A stretch of DNA of 64,000 bases from an uncultured Acidobacteriota bacterium (GCA_963773045.1 CAVYZT010000009.1:257857-321856), one strand, 5' to 3'. Numbered from the stretch's first letter, positions 1-10,333 are shown. Numbers and translations: made by a program. Notes: generated by a model from the letters alone, not told the origin.

Positions 1-1169
1 GTGGCGTTGAAGAAGTACGGCGCGGCGAAATCGGGGAACCCGATATCTTTCATACGACGGGTTTGATAGCGCAGACGCAGGCTCTGCCGATCGTCGAGCT
101 TGACCAGACCCGAGGCGTTCACGAAGTGACCGTTCGCCTCTGAGTTCAACACCTCATCGCTGGTTCGGACGTAGGGGGCGTTGAACGGATCCGGAAACGC
201 GCCGAAGGCGAACCCGAAGTTGTCGTCGATCGTGTCGGCGCGATGCAGCTGGCCCGACGCAAAGAATGGCCGCGTGTCCTCGCTGTCGAAGGATCCGGCC
301 TTGTAGTTGTCGTAGCGCTCGGCGCCGGCCTGGACGCGGGCCGCGAAGCGCGGCGTGGTCCCGCCAACCGTCAGCGACCCGCGAAGGCCGTTTTCGTTGG
401 AGCTGTAGTAACCGTTGAAGCCGTAGAGGAACTGCGGAGCAGGCGTGAATCCGGGTTCGGTGGTGATGATATTGATGGTGCCGGCGAGCGCGTCGGACCC
501 ATACATCAGCGTCCCCGCGCCATTGACGATCTCGACTCGACGAATCGTCTCTGGCGCAATCAGTCCCACCTCGGCGCCGGTGCGGTCGGTGGCCTGGCGG
601 GCGGTGTTCAGCCGTTCGCCGTCAACCAGCACGAGCAAACGCGTCGAGTCGAGGCCGCGGAGACGCGGGCGCACGCCAAAGGGACCGTTGCCAACCGGCT
701 CCACGTTGACGGCTGAGGCAATCACATCGCCGGTCGACAGCGGATTCTGCGCTTCGATGGCGGCTGCGGGTATCGAATCGACGTGCAACGGAATCTGGCG
801 CACTTCACGCTCGGCGCGAGCGGAGGTCACGCTCACCTCCGCGGTCATGCTGCCCAGCTCCAGTTGAATCGGAAGATCGATGGTCTGCTCGGCGCTCTCG
901 ATCACGACGGTTCTCGCGCTCTGCGAGAAACCCGCCCGCGTCGCGATCACGAGATACGTGCCAATGGCCGGCGTTTCCAGCCGGTAGCGGCCTTCCCGAT
1001 CGGTTTCAACCGACGATTCCTGTCCGGTCGCGACGTCGCGGGCCACGACCCGAGTCGAGGGAAGCGACGCGCCGGTTACGTCCACAACGACGCCGGTGAT
1101 CGTGGCGGCCTGAGCCGATGCGGCTGCGCAAGCCGCAACTGCGAATACGAGAACGCGAAATACGCACAT
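1..1169 (-). CDS. TonB-dependent receptor-like outer-membrane protein, N-terminal part (gene continues beyond position 1)
   Basis: Absent from the ORF track because no stop lies inside the window. My hand translation of the minus strand from ATG 1169 gives MCVFRVLVFAVAACAAASAQAATITGVVVDVTGASLPSTRVVARDVATG. This reads as a signal peptide followed by a carboxypeptidase-regulatory-like domain. The same frame is still open at the window edge and reads RRMKDIGFPDFAAPYFFNA. Confidence 0.8.
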   Translation of the reverse strand, partial: MCVFRVLVFAVAACAAASAQAATITGVVVDVTGASLPSTRVVARDVATGQESSVETDREGRYRLETPAIGTYLVIATRAGFSQSARTVVIESAEQTIDLPIQLELGSMTAEVSVTSARAEREVRQIPLHVDSIPAAAIEAQNPLSTGDVIASAVNVEPVGNGPFGVRPRLRGLDSTRLLVLVDGERLNTARQATDRTGAEVGLIAPETIRRVEIVNGAGTLMYGSDALAGTINIITTEPGFTPAPQFLYGFNGYYSSNENGLRGSLTVGGTTPRFAARVQAGAERYDNYKAGSFDSEDTRPFFASGQLHRADTIDDNFGFAFGAFPDPFNAPYVRTSDEVLNSEANGHFVNASGLVKLDDRQSLRLRYQTRRMKDIGFPDFAAPYFFNA

Positions 1170-1206
1170 GACAAGACACTCCGGGCGAGTCCCCAAGAAA
1201 TTGATT

Positions 1207-1286
1207 GAAGGCAAAAGGCAGAAGGCAAAAGGCAGAACGCCAATTCGCCAGCGCTTTCTGCCTTGTGCCTTGTGCCTTCTGCCTTG
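1207..1286. repeat. Inverted pair of 7-nt-unit tandem arrays (unit GGCARAA)
   Basis: gaaGGCAAAAGGCAGAAGGCAAAAGGCAGAA (1207-1237) faces the near reverse complement TTCTGCCTTGTGCCTTGTGCCTTCTGCCTTG (1256-1286). It is intergenic. Confidence 0.85.
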
Positions 1287-1324
1287 ACTTGCGGGCGGGT
1301 TGTTCAGGCGGCCCGCAGTGGCCC

Positions 1325-1849
1325 CTAGATGCGCGGAGGCGGACGAGGAGAAAACGGACGCCGTCGAGGATCAAGACGACGACGAAGCTCCGGCACTGCT
1401 GGTGCGAGCCGTAGAGTTGAACGGCGCTCGGACGCGCCGAGAAGCCAACTCAGGACCCAGAGGCCCAGCGCGAGCGATCCCGCCGTGGCCGTGATCTGAA
1501 GGACGGCGGTCGCAACCGCCTCCGGCAAAGCCAGCACACCGGATGGGTCGGCGGTCGCAGCGGCTACTGCCGGGCCGTGCAGCAATGCCGCAAGCACCCA
1601 GATGGCAATCCCTTTCCGGCTCAACTGCGATGCGCGCGAGCGGTAAAGGGCGGCAAGACCGGCGGCCAGGGCGGCGGCGACCAACCACCGCAACGCGAGA
1701 CCCGGTTCGGTCAGCCGGCCATCGGCAATCTGCGTCGCCAGCAACCACCCGTGGAAACCCACGAGCGCCGCCCCGCTTAGACCGGTAGCAACCCGGATGG
1801 CGCGTCGGTAGCGTTCTATCCCCCGGAGCGAGGGAGCGGCGGCGGGCAT
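1325..1849 (-). CDS. hypothetical integral membrane protein
   Basis: 174-aa ORF directly downstream of malQ on the same strand. Several Ala/Leu/Trp-rich hydrophobic stretches (LSGAALVGFHGWLLA, WLVAAALAAGLAALY, IAIWVLAALLHG, LALGLWVLSWLLG). No family recognised. Confidence 0.45.
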   Translation of the reverse strand: MPAAAPSLRGIERYRRAIRVATGLSGAALVGFHGWLLATQIADGRLTEPGLALRWLVAAALAAGLAALYRSRASQLSRKGIAIWVLAALLHGPAVAAATADPSGVLALPEAVATAVLQITATAGSLALGLWVLSWLLGASERRSTLRLAPAVPELRRRLDPRRRPFSPRPPPRI

Positions 1850-1914
1850 CGGAGCATTCTATCCGACTCTTTCCTTCTTTCTTTCCCCAGGCTTCTTTCG
1901 TCCCCTGGGTGTCC

Positions 1915-3432
1915 TCAGCGGCCCGCTGAGCGGGTCCACTGGTGCAGGAGTCTTGCCCGCGACATCGTCTCTTGCCGATGGAGCCATTCGTCAACTGGCC
2001 ATGGCAATCGCCACGTCCAATTCAGTTCGTCGACAACGGCAGGTGTGTTGATGCGATCGGTCCAGCCGAAGACGTCTTGCAGCGGCATGAGGGCAAGGTT
2101 GGATCCGGACTCGAGCAGATCGTGCAGCACCGCTTCTCGCTTCTCGTCGGTATCGCCTTCTTCCGTGGCTGCCAGCGGCTCGATATCGTGAGTGCCGGTC
2201 GTCGCCACAGAGAGCGGTGGATAGTCGCGCGGGTCGAGCAGCGGCTGACCCGGCAGATCCCACTCGCGTTCCCAGCGGAGCACTTTCATGCCCGGCAGGC
2301 GCAGACGCTTCATCGATTTGCGAACGAAGGCCGGAATCACGCCGAGATCTTCGGCGATGACCTCCGGCTGCCTCTGATTGGCGGCGGTGGCCTGACCCTG
2401 GTGATCCAAACGAAGAATGCCGACCAGCGATTCCCCAAGCTCGGTCTGCAGCGTTTCCTCGCCGGGCTCGAAGAAGGGCTCGATCGATTCGTCGATCGGT
2501 CGGATGTAGGTTCGGTACAGGCCCACAAGGTGATCGATGCGATAGCCGTCGAAGAGCGCCGCGTAGCGTTTCGCGCGCATGTTCATCCAGGCGAAGCGCT
2601 TGGCGGCCATCACCTCCCACCGCCACGGCGGCAGGCCCCAATCCTGTCCCGTCTCGCTGAACTCGTCAGGAGGAACTCCGATGGTCGCGTCGAACCGGAA
2701 TTCGGGTTGCCGCGCCCAGACATCGGGGCTGTCGGCGGAGATCATGAACGGCAGATCGCCGAAGATTCTCGTCGGCCAGGCGCGGCGCTTCGCCTCGGCC
2801 CACTGCTCCGACGCCGACCACTGCAGGTACTTGTAGTAGGCGATCTCCGTCTCGAGATGCGTGCGCGCCTGGCTAATCGCCTCTGGATCTGCTCGCCGGA
2901 GCTTATCCGGCCACTCCTGCCATCGATGATCGGCAAAGTGCGAATGAAGCGCGCGAAAGGTCGCGTACTCCTCGAGCCACCAGGCTTCACGTCGCGTGAA
3001 GTCGCCGAACTGCATCGCGCGGGCGGAGCCGCGCTGCAGCTCCACTTGAACGAAGCGATCCCATGATCGGCGCAGCCAGCGGTTCTTCACGCGCCTGACA
3101 TCGGCGTAGCGAATCCGCGGAGACTGGCGCAGGACCTCGAGTGCCGCACGGTCGGACGCGTCCAACGCGAGCTCGCCGCCCAGACCGGCGAAGTCCGGAA
3201 GATCAGCCATCGACAAATAGATCGGATCGAGGGCCATCGCCGTCATGGAGGAATACGGCGACCGTTCGATCGGCGGCATCTCGCCAACGGGCAGAATCTG
3301 CAGCACCGCCTGTCCCGCTTCCGCCGCCCAACGAGCGAAGCGCGCCAAGTCGGGAAACTCGCCGATGCCCCACCCGCGCGACGAGGCGAGGGAAAACAGG
3401 GGAACGTTCAGGCCGCTCTCACGGCGGGTCAC
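1915..3432 (-). CDS. malQ: 4-alpha-glucanotransferase (amylomaltase, GH77)
   Basis: 505 aa. GH77 hallmarks are visible: SRGWGIGEFPDL...SPYSSMTAMALDPIYL, RIDHLVGLYR, EDLGVIPAFV..PGMKVLRWE, TGTHD. GTG start overlaps the upstream gene stop (GTGA). Confidence 0.9.
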   Translation of the reverse strand: MTRRESGLNVPLFSLASSRGWGIGEFPDLARFARWAAEAGQAVLQILPVGEMPPIERSPYSSMTAMALDPIYLSMADLPDFAGLGGELALDASDRAALEVLRQSPRIRYADVRRVKNRWLRRSWDRFVQVELQRGSARAMQFGDFTRREAWWLEEYATFRALHSHFADHRWQEWPDKLRRADPEAISQARTHLETEIAYYKYLQWSASEQWAEAKRRAWPTRIFGDLPFMISADSPDVWARQPEFRFDATIGVPPDEFSETGQDWGLPPWRWEVMAAKRFAWMNMRAKRYAALFDGYRIDHLVGLYRTYIRPIDESIEPFFEPGEETLQTELGESLVGILRLDHQGQATAANQRQPEVIAEDLGVIPAFVRKSMKRLRLPGMKVLRWEREWDLPGQPLLDPRDYPPLSVATTGTHDIEPLAATEEGDTDEKREAVLHDLLESGSNLALMPLQDVFGWTDRINTPAVVDELNWTWRLPWPVDEWLHRQETMSRARLLHQWTRSAGR

Positions 3433-4604
3433 GCGTGGACCCCTCGCGTCGCTCGCCGGAGCACGCGCTCAACCGCAGACGTGAATACCGCCGGCTCGAC
3501 GAGCAGGCTCACAACCACGAACGCTTCACGGGCAAAGTCGAAGAAATAGCCTGGGTGTACGAGGACGCCATCACCCTTGAGGATGTCGATGACCAGCGAT
3601 TCCTCGGCGGCGATCGATGGAATCTGAAGCACCGCCGACCAGCCGCCTTCGACGCGAAGCAGGTTCACCGACGGAAACGACTGGACGCGCTGCCGTAGCG
3701 CTTCGAGATTGCTTCTGATCCGTGCTTGAATCTGCTCACGAATCGCGGCGCCGCGCTCGATGAGCGCGGGCGCGGCGATCTGAACCGGCGTCGACACCGA
3801 GAGATAGGTGTCGGCCACGATCTCGTAACTCGACAGCGCCTCATCGACCGCATGGCTTGGGCCGCCAAACCCGATCCAGCCCAGCTTCACCTGCGGCAGG
3901 CCGGCGGATTTCGAGAGACCTCCCAGACTGGCCGTGAGCACTTCCGACTGGCCGAGCACCGAGGACGCGGCAGGGGCAGGATCCAAGGGATAGTCGGCAA
4001 ACACTTCGTCGCCGATGAGCGCACAGCCGTGCCCGGCGCAGACCACTGTCAGCGCGGACAGATCGTCGCGGTGCAGAAACGATCCGGTCGGGTTGTTCGG
4101 AGACACGACGAGAATGGCGCGGACGCGAGGGCCGATCGCCCGCTCGATCGACGCCAGGTCGATGCGCCACGACCCGTGATACTCGAGATCGTAAGGTGTC
4201 GCGACAATCGACTCGAGGCACGTGAGATGTTCGAAGAGCGGATAGCTCGGCCGCGGCACCAGAACGGCGTCACCAGGGTCGCACCACAGCTTGAACAACA
4301 GCGCGTAGGCCTCGCTCGTGCTCGCGGTGATGGCGACACGGTCGGCCGACACCGCGATGCCCCGGCGACGGAAGTCTCCAGCCACGGCGGCTCGAGCCGG
4401 CCACAGGCCCAGCGGTTGCGGGTCGTAGCGCAACGCCTCGGGGTCGGCAAGCGTTGCCAGCAAATCCGGCGGATACACCAGACCGATACGTGTTGGATTC
4501 GACTCGGTGAGATCGACGATGGGCTGGCCGAGGCGCCGCAGCTCGGCGACCGCCCGCGCCAGCGAGTTGGGTTCGAGATTCGACGGCAGGCGCGTGGAGC
4601 GCAT
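3429..4604 (-). CDS. PLP-dependent aminotransferase, class I/II (AlaC/AspC-like)
   Basis: 391 aa. ESNPTRIGL N-terminal motif, SPNNPTG, and the LGGLSKSAGLPQVKLGW Lys-containing PLP motif. Confidence 0.85.
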   Translation of the reverse strand: MRSTRLPSNLEPNSLARAVAELRRLGQPIVDLTESNPTRIGLVYPPDLLATLADPEALRYDPQPLGLWPARAAVAGDFRRRGIAVSADRVAITASTSEAYALLFKLWCDPGDAVLVPRPSYPLFEHLTCLESIVATPYDLEYHGSWRIDLASIERAIGPRVRAILVVSPNNPTGSFLHRDDLSALTVVCAGHGCALIGDEVFADYPLDPAPAASSVLGQSEVLTASLGGLSKSAGLPQVKLGWIGFGGPSHAVDEALSSYEIVADTYLSVSTPVQIAAPALIERGAAIREQIQARIRSNLEALRQRVQSFPSVNLLRVEGGWSAVLQIPSIAAEESLVIDILKGDGVLVHPGYFFDFAREAFVVVSLLVEPAVFTSAVERVLRRATRGVHA

Positions 4605-4663
4605 TTTAGGGCTGGTGAGGCGGGTCGGACAGGTGGGTCGGGTGGGACAACCGAGCTCTCGTT

Positions 4664-6793
4664 TCAGCGTCCGACGAGCTCGACGCGATCGATCACATCC
4701 CCTTCGAGAACGCCGTCCACAACGTCCATCCCTGCGACAACCGTGCCGAAGACCGTGTAGGTGTGGTCGAGCCTGGGTGAATCCACGAGGTTGACGAAGA
4801 TCTGCGCGTCACCGGTGTCGCGGCCACGGGTGGAAATCCCGACGGTGCCGCGAAGATGCAACCCCACCTCGTCTCGCATATAGAGGGTGTCGCCGGCATA
4901 CTCGTTGGCGCCGGGGCTGCCCCCTTGAATGACAAAGTTGGGCGCAACGCGGTGGAACGTGAGTCCGTTGTAGTAGCCTTCGCCGGCCCGCCGGGCGATG
5001 CGCGCGGCCGACAGCGGCGCCGCATCAACGTTCAAGGCGATGTCGAAGGACCTCCCGCCACTCATGAAGAACCGGAGCGACCGCCCGCGTAGTGAATCCA
5101 CGGTGGCTGCAGTGACCCCGGGCGCAGGCAGCGGCTGCGGCGCCGCCGTTCTCGGCTGGTTTGTCCACGCGCTCAGGATCTCCGCCGCCTTCTCGGCGAC
5201 ACGGGGATCGAAGTCTCGAAGATACCCCTCGAGGTCGGTGGCGCGCGCGGTATCGCCGTACGCCTGAAGGCGATTGAGGATCGCCATTCGCGGATCGCGC
5301 GAGGTGTCCTTGTGCTCTTGCGTGATGCGGCCTAACGCGGTCAGCAGCGCGGGCGTGCCGCGAGCCGCGACGCTCGGCTCCGCCAGCGCGCGAGTCGCCG
5401 TGAGGATGAGCTGATAGTCCGGACGCGACAGATCCTCGATGGCGAGCGGAATCGCCTCCGGCCGCTTCAATTCGATGAGCGCCGTGAGCGCAGCCTCGCG
5501 GACGTTGTCGACCCGATCGCGGCCGAGCGTGTTGAGCGCACCGAGATCCGAGAGCACACCGGCCGCTCGAGCCGCGTACATCCGAACCTGCCAGACCGGA
5601 TGCTCCACAAATCGCGGCAGTGCCTTCTGCGCCTGCGCTGGAGACTGCCGCGCGAGCGAAACGATAGCGTGAGCGGGCGCGTGCCAGGAACGAGGCGCAT
5701 TGGAAAGAGTCTCGACGAGAGCCGTGATCTCGGGCACGGCCGCTTCTGCAACAGGGCATCCGGCGCCAAGCAGATCGATGGCCTGCAGCCGGACATGCGT
5801 GTCCGTATCGTTCAGCGCCGCGCGAAGGGGCGCGCACGAAGTCTTCTGGAACTGCCGTCCCCAGCCGCGAAGCGCATCCCAGCGGACCCGCGCATCGCGA
5901 TCGGCCAGCGCGCGCTTCAGCAGCGCGTCGCGGCCCTCAATCGGGGCATCGCCGCTCGCCGCCAGCGCCGCAAGCCGGCGGACCTCCGCGTCGCCATCGA
6001 GCAGCGCGCGATCGATGACCGAAGGCGTCGCTGGTCCACCAGTGACCAGAGCGGACATCGCCAGACGTCGAATGAGTGCCGATCGAGGATCGGCGGCCGG
6101 CCGCTGCGCCGTGGCGGCCCACCGCAGCAATTCCCAGGTCCGCGGCTCGAGCGCACCGATCTTTCTCGAGATCCGGGACAACGACTCGAGCCCGCGCACT
6201 GCTCCAACCAGAGCCGCGGTCTCGACTTCGGTGAACGAATCGGGCGCCGGCAGCCCCCGGGCGAGCACGGCCTCCGCTCTCGACACCTGCTCCGCCGACT
6301 CATAGGGCAGGCGTCCGAGCGCCGCCGCCATCTCACCCCACGATTCCCACGTTTCGAGTTTCGCATCCATCGCCGCGCGTTCGATCAGCAGGCGCTGAAC
6401 TTCTGCGACCGCGGCCGGCGTTCTGGCCATCTGCGCCAGCGCGTTGGCCGCCTCGGCGCGAATGCCGACGCCGTCGCCCAGTGCCGGTGCGACGAGCGGG
6501 ATCAGATCGGCCCGCTCGATCCGGCCAATCGATCGAATGGCCGTTCGCCGCAAGTTGCCGTTCAGCGCCTCGCGCAGAATCGTGATCTGCGTGTCGGTGA
6601 CCGGCCGCGTGTCCTCGGCGATCAATAGCTGATCACGCAACACCAACACAGATTGGGCGGATGACACAGAAACAGAAATACCAGGGCCGCAGATGACACA
6701 GATGACACAGATCAGGCAGACCGGAAGAAAGGCCTGATTAGCTATTGCTTTGATCCAGCAGTGATTAATGCCCGTCTGTGTTATCTGCGTCAT
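4664..6793 (-). CDS. HEAT-repeat protein fused to a C-terminal cyclophilin-type peptidyl-prolyl isomerase
   Basis: The C-terminal ~170 aa are cyclophilin-like (YYNGLTFHRVAPNFVIQGG..GTVGISTRGRDTGDAQIFV..HTVFG). Upstream are repeated Arg/Ala-rich HEAT-like helices (VRRLAALA, ARVRWDALRG, HVRLQAIDLL, WQVRMYAARA). The start is uncertain because the first ~45 codons run through a repeat array and encode a signal-peptide-like LPVCLICVICVICGPG. Confidence 0.8.
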   Translation of the reverse strand: MTQITQTGINHCWIKAIANQAFLPVCLICVICVICGPGISVSVSSAQSVLVLRDQLLIAEDTRPVTDTQITILREALNGNLRRTAIRSIGRIERADLIPLVAPALGDGVGIRAEAANALAQMARTPAAVAEVQRLLIERAAMDAKLETWESWGEMAAALGRLPYESAEQVSRAEAVLARGLPAPDSFTEVETAALVGAVRGLESLSRISRKIGALEPRTWELLRWAATAQRPAADPRSALIRRLAMSALVTGGPATPSVIDRALLDGDAEVRRLAALAASGDAPIEGRDALLKRALADRDARVRWDALRGWGRQFQKTSCAPLRAALNDTDTHVRLQAIDLLGAGCPVAEAAVPEITALVETLSNAPRSWHAPAHAIVSLARQSPAQAQKALPRFVEHPVWQVRMYAARAAGVLSDLGALNTLGRDRVDNVREAALTALIELKRPEAIPLAIEDLSRPDYQLILTATRALAEPSVAARGTPALLTALGRITQEHKDTSRDPRMAILNRLQAYGDTARATDLEGYLRDFDPRVAEKAAEILSAWTNQPRTAAPQPLPAPGVTAATVDSLRGRSLRFFMSGGRSFDIALNVDAAPLSAARIARRAGEGYYNGLTFHRVAPNFVIQGGSPGANEYAGDTLYMRDEVGLHLRGTVGISTRGRDTGDAQIFVNLVDSPRLDHTYTVFGTVVAGMDVVDGVLEGDVIDRVELVGR

Positions 6794-6830
6794 CTGCGGC
6801 CCTGACCCGTGCTATCTGCGTCATCTGTCT
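6658..6830. repeat. Inverted GATGACACA-type arrays flanking an AT-richer core
   Basis: gatgacacagaaacag...cagatgacacagatgacacagat (6658-6712) faces gtctgtgttatctgcgtcatctgcgg...ctatctgcgtcatctgtc (6774-6830). The same unit recurs at 34485 and 36256. Confidence 0.8.
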
Positions 6831-8779
6831 CTTCGGTGTTGTGAGTACTCCAGCATCTGCGTGGCAAGGTCGCAAGGATATGAGATGTCGACGTCGGTGA
6901 TGGCGCCCGTCGCGGCGCGGATGGGCTCGAGCTTCGGCATCACGAAACCCGTATAGGAAGGCAACCCCAGGCGATCGACTCGGCGGACGATCTCGTCGCG
7001 GAGGTCCGGGTCGAAGTGCACGCCGTAGGTTTCGAACAGCACCTTGGCGGCGGCGTAGTCGCCTTCCGACTTGATTCGCTGCACTTCGGTCAACAGCCGG
7101 GCGACGCCCTCGCGGAACTCCACGACGTCGACGACCACGTAATAGGTCTTGCCATCCCGCTGCCGGATCTCGATTGCTCCGGTATGCGCCAGCAGCCAGT
7201 TCACGATCGCCTGGCGATTGCGCATGTGGTCCTCTTCGAGCTGCGTGCCGAGGCGCACCCGCCGGAGCTGGACAAGGGCATTGCGGGCGTACGCTTCGTA
7301 CTCGGCGCGGACGATCGTGTCCTGATCCTCGGCGGAGAGGATGCCGAGCGCGGCGAGATACGGATCGGCGACGAAATAGAGCGCGACCAGATCGGCTCGC
7401 GTCTCTTCGAGCGCCGAGTACTGCTCTTTCAACAGGTCCTGTGGCTGCTCGATCACATCGTCAGCCATGCGGCCGGATCCGTGGCCGAGGACTTCGTGAA
7501 TGTCTGTGGTCAGCTCTCCGGCGAACGCCCCCCAGCGCGTCGCGCGCTCCACCTCGCTTTCGTCCCACGCGAATTCTTCCCGATAGGAAGGCAACGTGGA
7601 ACGCTCGTAGGCGTCCAGTACGTTGGCGAGCGACACCGATTTGCTGCCGAATTCCTCGCGAATCCGCTGATCGTTCGGCAGATTGACGCCAATCGGCGTG
7701 ACCGGTCCGGAGTCGCCGGTCTCGACGACGACCTCGATCGCCATGCCGGTGACACCCTGCACGACCGACTTGCGATAGCGCGCGTCGAAGGGCATGTGAT
7801 CCTCGAACCACTGCGCGTGCTCGGCAATGGTGCGGATCTTCTTCGTCTTCTCGTGGTTGGCGTAATAGACCACGCCTTCCCAGGATCCCTTGACGCCTCT
7901 CGCGTCCATGTAGACCTCGATGAAGCCGTTCATCGTGTCCACGGTCGACTCGCGATTCTGGACCCACGCGATGTCGAAGGCTTCGCGATCGGAGTCGTTG
8001 CCGGACTCGTAGAAGCGGATCAACGCGCGCAGCGCTTTGGCCAGCGGCTCAGGTGCATACCGAGCCGCGTCTTCCAGGTGACGGATGATCCGGCGGATCT
8101 CAACGTCGTAGAGGCCACCGACGCGGTACACCTGCTCGACCAGTCCCCCGTCCTCCTTGACGAGCCGTGAGTTCAGCGGATGACGCTCGACGAAACTCTC
8201 CAGATCGGCCATCGTCGCGCCGCGATACATGTTGTTCGCGCTGCTCGCGAGGATGTCCTGACCCTCTCCGGGGGTCTTGTTCGTGACCATCGGCTCGAAC
8301 GCCGGGTCGAAGAACATCGGCGCCAGCCGATCGATCAGCTCGAGTACACCGCCCTCGAGATCTGTCGACCTGCCTTCGAAGGAGCCAGCGCCATTGCGTC
8401 GCGCGATTTCGGCGGCGGCCAGCAACCGATCGCGATCGAGCCGCAGCGTGAACTTGCGGGCCGTGAGGTTGTTATACGGTCCCGTGTTGATCCAGAAGAG
8501 CTTCGTGTAGCGAGTGATCTCGACGAGCGCCGCCTCGTCGATGCCGCTCGGATGTGTAAGGATGCCTTCGAGCAGGTCGCGCATCTCCAGGTTATGGCGA
8601 TGGCGCTGGTCGTAGTAGATGTCGCGGCCGGCGATCGCGGCCTGGTATAGATGCCAGACCAGAATCTTCTCGTTGAGCGTCAGCGCCGCGAACCCGTCCG
8701 CGTAGACTTGCACGACGGCAGCGTCATCGATCTGCTCCAGCAGGTATGGCCGCCGATCGAGCGGCGTGTCTAGAGGCAT
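6821..8779 (-). CDS. dipeptidyl-peptidase III-like zinc metallopeptidase (family M49)
   Basis: Both M49 signature motifs are present: HEVLGHGSG (HEXXGH) and EETRADLVALY (EEXRAE/D). I place the start at ATG 8779 (MPLDTPLDRRPYLLEQ). The ORF-track extension to 9046 runs through a repeat array and into the neighbouring gene. Confidence 0.8.
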   Translation of the reverse strand: MPLDTPLDRRPYLLEQIDDAAVVQVYADGFAALTLNEKILVWHLYQAAIAGRDIYYDQRHRHNLEMRDLLEGILTHPSGIDEAALVEITRYTKLFWINTGPYNNLTARKFTLRLDRDRLLAAAEIARRNGAGSFEGRSTDLEGGVLELIDRLAPMFFDPAFEPMVTNKTPGEGQDILASSANNMYRGATMADLESFVERHPLNSRLVKEDGGLVEQVYRVGGLYDVEIRRIIRHLEDAARYAPEPLAKALRALIRFYESGNDSDREAFDIAWVQNRESTVDTMNGFIEVYMDARGVKGSWEGVVYYANHEKTKKIRTIAEHAQWFEDHMPFDARYRKSVVQGVTGMAIEVVVETGDSGPVTPIGVNLPNDQRIREEFGSKSVSLANVLDAYERSTLPSYREEFAWDESEVERATRWGAFAGELTTDIHEVLGHGSGRMADDVIEQPQDLLKEQYSALEETRADLVALYFVADPYLAALGILSAEDQDTIVRAEYEAYARNALVQLRRVRLGTQLEEDHMRNRQAIVNWLLAHTGAIEIRQRDGKTYYVVVDVVEFREGVARLLTEVQRIKSEGDYAAAKVLFETYGVHFDPDLRDEIVRRVDRLGLPSYTGFVMPKLEPIRAATGAITDVDISYPCDLATQMLEYSQHRRDR

Positions 8780-8790
8780 CAAGGAGGCAG

Positions 8791-8892
8791 AACCGGGATC
8801 CGGCATCCGGGATCCGGCATCGGAGCGTTCGACGTCTTCGAGATTCCGGTTGTTTGGTACCGGTTCGCGGTTGCCGGTTGCCGGATCCCGGC
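8791..8892. repeat. Inverted 7-nt-unit arrays (CCGGATC / CCGGCAT family)
   Basis: ccgggatccggcatccgggatccggcatcgg faces ccggttcgcggttgccggttgccggatcccgg. It fills the whole intergenic gap between two minus-strand genes. Confidence 0.85.
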
Positions 8893-10266
8893 TCAAAGTC
8901 CCACCTCTACAGTGGTGCCGTAGGAAGGAATCTCCACCGGCCATTTGAGCTCCGAGGTGATGCGGGTCTTCAGCGCTTCCTGCGCTGGCGGTTCTCCGTG
9001 CACGAGGTACGTCATTTTGGCGGGCTTGGGAAACGTCCGCAGCCATCGGATGATCTCGCCGGCATCGGCATGAGCGGACATGCTGTTGAGCTTGTCGATT
9101 TTGGCGCGAACCAATACCTGCTGACCGTACATCTTCACGTAGTGAGCGCCGTCGATCAGTTGCCGGCCGCGCGTCCCGGCCGCCTGGAATCCCACGAACA
9201 ACACGGTGTGGCGAGCGTCGGAAAGGTTGGCAAACAGATGGTGAACGACGCGACCGCCGGTGGCCATACCGCTCGAGGCGATGATGATCGCCGGCTGATC
9301 GTTTTCGACCAGCGCCTTTGACTCCGCGGCCGAGGCAACCGGCCGGAATCGCGGGGCGGCGCGACGCATGGTGGCGACCTCGGGGTCGAGCTCGGCGTCA
9401 TGGTGACGATAGAACTGCAGCGCGCTCAGCGCCATCGGGCTGTCCACGTAGATCGGCAGCGTGGGAATCTGCCTGGCGTCTTCCAGCTTGAAGAGCCAAT
9501 AGAGAAGCTCTTCGACCCGTCCGATGGCAAACGCCGGGATGATCAGCTTGCCGCCGCGCGCATAGGATTCGCTCACCACCTCGGCGAGCCTCGCGCCATC
9601 GTCTTCGTTCGGATGCAGACGATCGCCGTAGGTCGACTCGACCAGGAGCACATCGGCCTCGACACCCGGCGAGGGATCGGGAAGAACGGGCCGGCTGTAC
9701 CGGCCAAGGTCTCCGCCGAACAGGATGCGCCCGCTCGTGCTGTTGCCGCGGCTGACGAGGACATATGCCGACCCAAGCAGATGACCCGCGTTGATGAACT
9801 GCGCCTCGATCCCTGGAGCGATCGGAAGCGGATGCCGGAAGGGATGCGTCACGAAACGAGACAGGGCTTCTGCCGCATCCTCCTTGGTGTAAAGCGGCAA
9901 GGCTGGATCGTGCTTGGAGTAGCCCCTCTTGTTGGCGAACTTCGCGTCCTCTTCCTGGAGGTGTGCCGCGTCAGGCAGGACGAGCTTGCAGAGATCGGCG
10001 GTGGCCGCGGTGCAATGAACCTTGCCTTTGAACCCGCCTCTCACCAGCCGCGGCAGCCACCCGCTGTGATCGATGTGCGCGTGAGTGAGGACTACGGTCT
10101 CGATCGAGTCCGCCGGAACGGGGAGCGGCAGCCAGTTGCGCTGGCGAAGCTCCTTCAGCCCCTGAAACATCCCGCAGTCGAACAGGATGCGATGGCCATC
10201 GACTTCCAAAAGATGTTTGGATCCGGTCACGGTGCGCGCGGCACCCAGAAACGTCAGCGACGCCAT
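8893..10266 (-). CDS. MBL-fold / beta-CASP RNA-metabolising hydrolase
   Basis: 457 aa. N-terminal LTFLGAARTVTGSKHLLE, the MBL motif LTHAHIDHSG, ESTYG, and a C-terminal SAHAD motif typical of beta-CASP nucleases. Confidence 0.85.
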   Translation of the reverse strand: MASLTFLGAARTVTGSKHLLEVDGHRILFDCGMFQGLKELRQRNWLPLPVPADSIETVVLTHAHIDHSGWLPRLVRGGFKGKVHCTAATADLCKLVLPDAAHLQEEDAKFANKRGYSKHDPALPLYTKEDAAEALSRFVTHPFRHPLPIAPGIEAQFINAGHLLGSAYVLVSRGNSTSGRILFGGDLGRYSRPVLPDPSPGVEADVLLVESTYGDRLHPNEDDGARLAEVVSESYARGGKLIIPAFAIGRVEELLYWLFKLEDARQIPTLPIYVDSPMALSALQFYRHHDAELDPEVATMRRAAPRFRPVASAAESKALVENDQPAIIIASSGMATGGRVVHHLFANLSDARHTVLFVGFQAAGTRGRQLIDGAHYVKMYGQQVLVRAKIDKLNSMSAHADAGEIIRWLRTFPKPAKMTYLVHGEPPAQEALKTRITSELKWPVEIPSYGTTVEVGL

Positions 10267-10333
10267 TGCTCGTCACTGGTACTAAAGAATTCAGTGACGG
10301 GCCGTGAGCCATGAGCCGTGAGGGGAAAACAGA

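Noticed and set aside
8780-9046. N-terminal 89-aa extension of the M49 peptidase ORF, and similar extensions on 13406..14932, 11471..13204, 10802.., 17692..18690, 18210..19298, 40814..42412, 42849..45788, 48215..50056, 54544.. and 34626..
   Set aside because: The extensions are repeat-encoded or Arg-rich and overlap neighbouring genes. Internal ATGs coincide with the start of recognisable domains or signal peptides, and often with ATGA stop-start overlaps.
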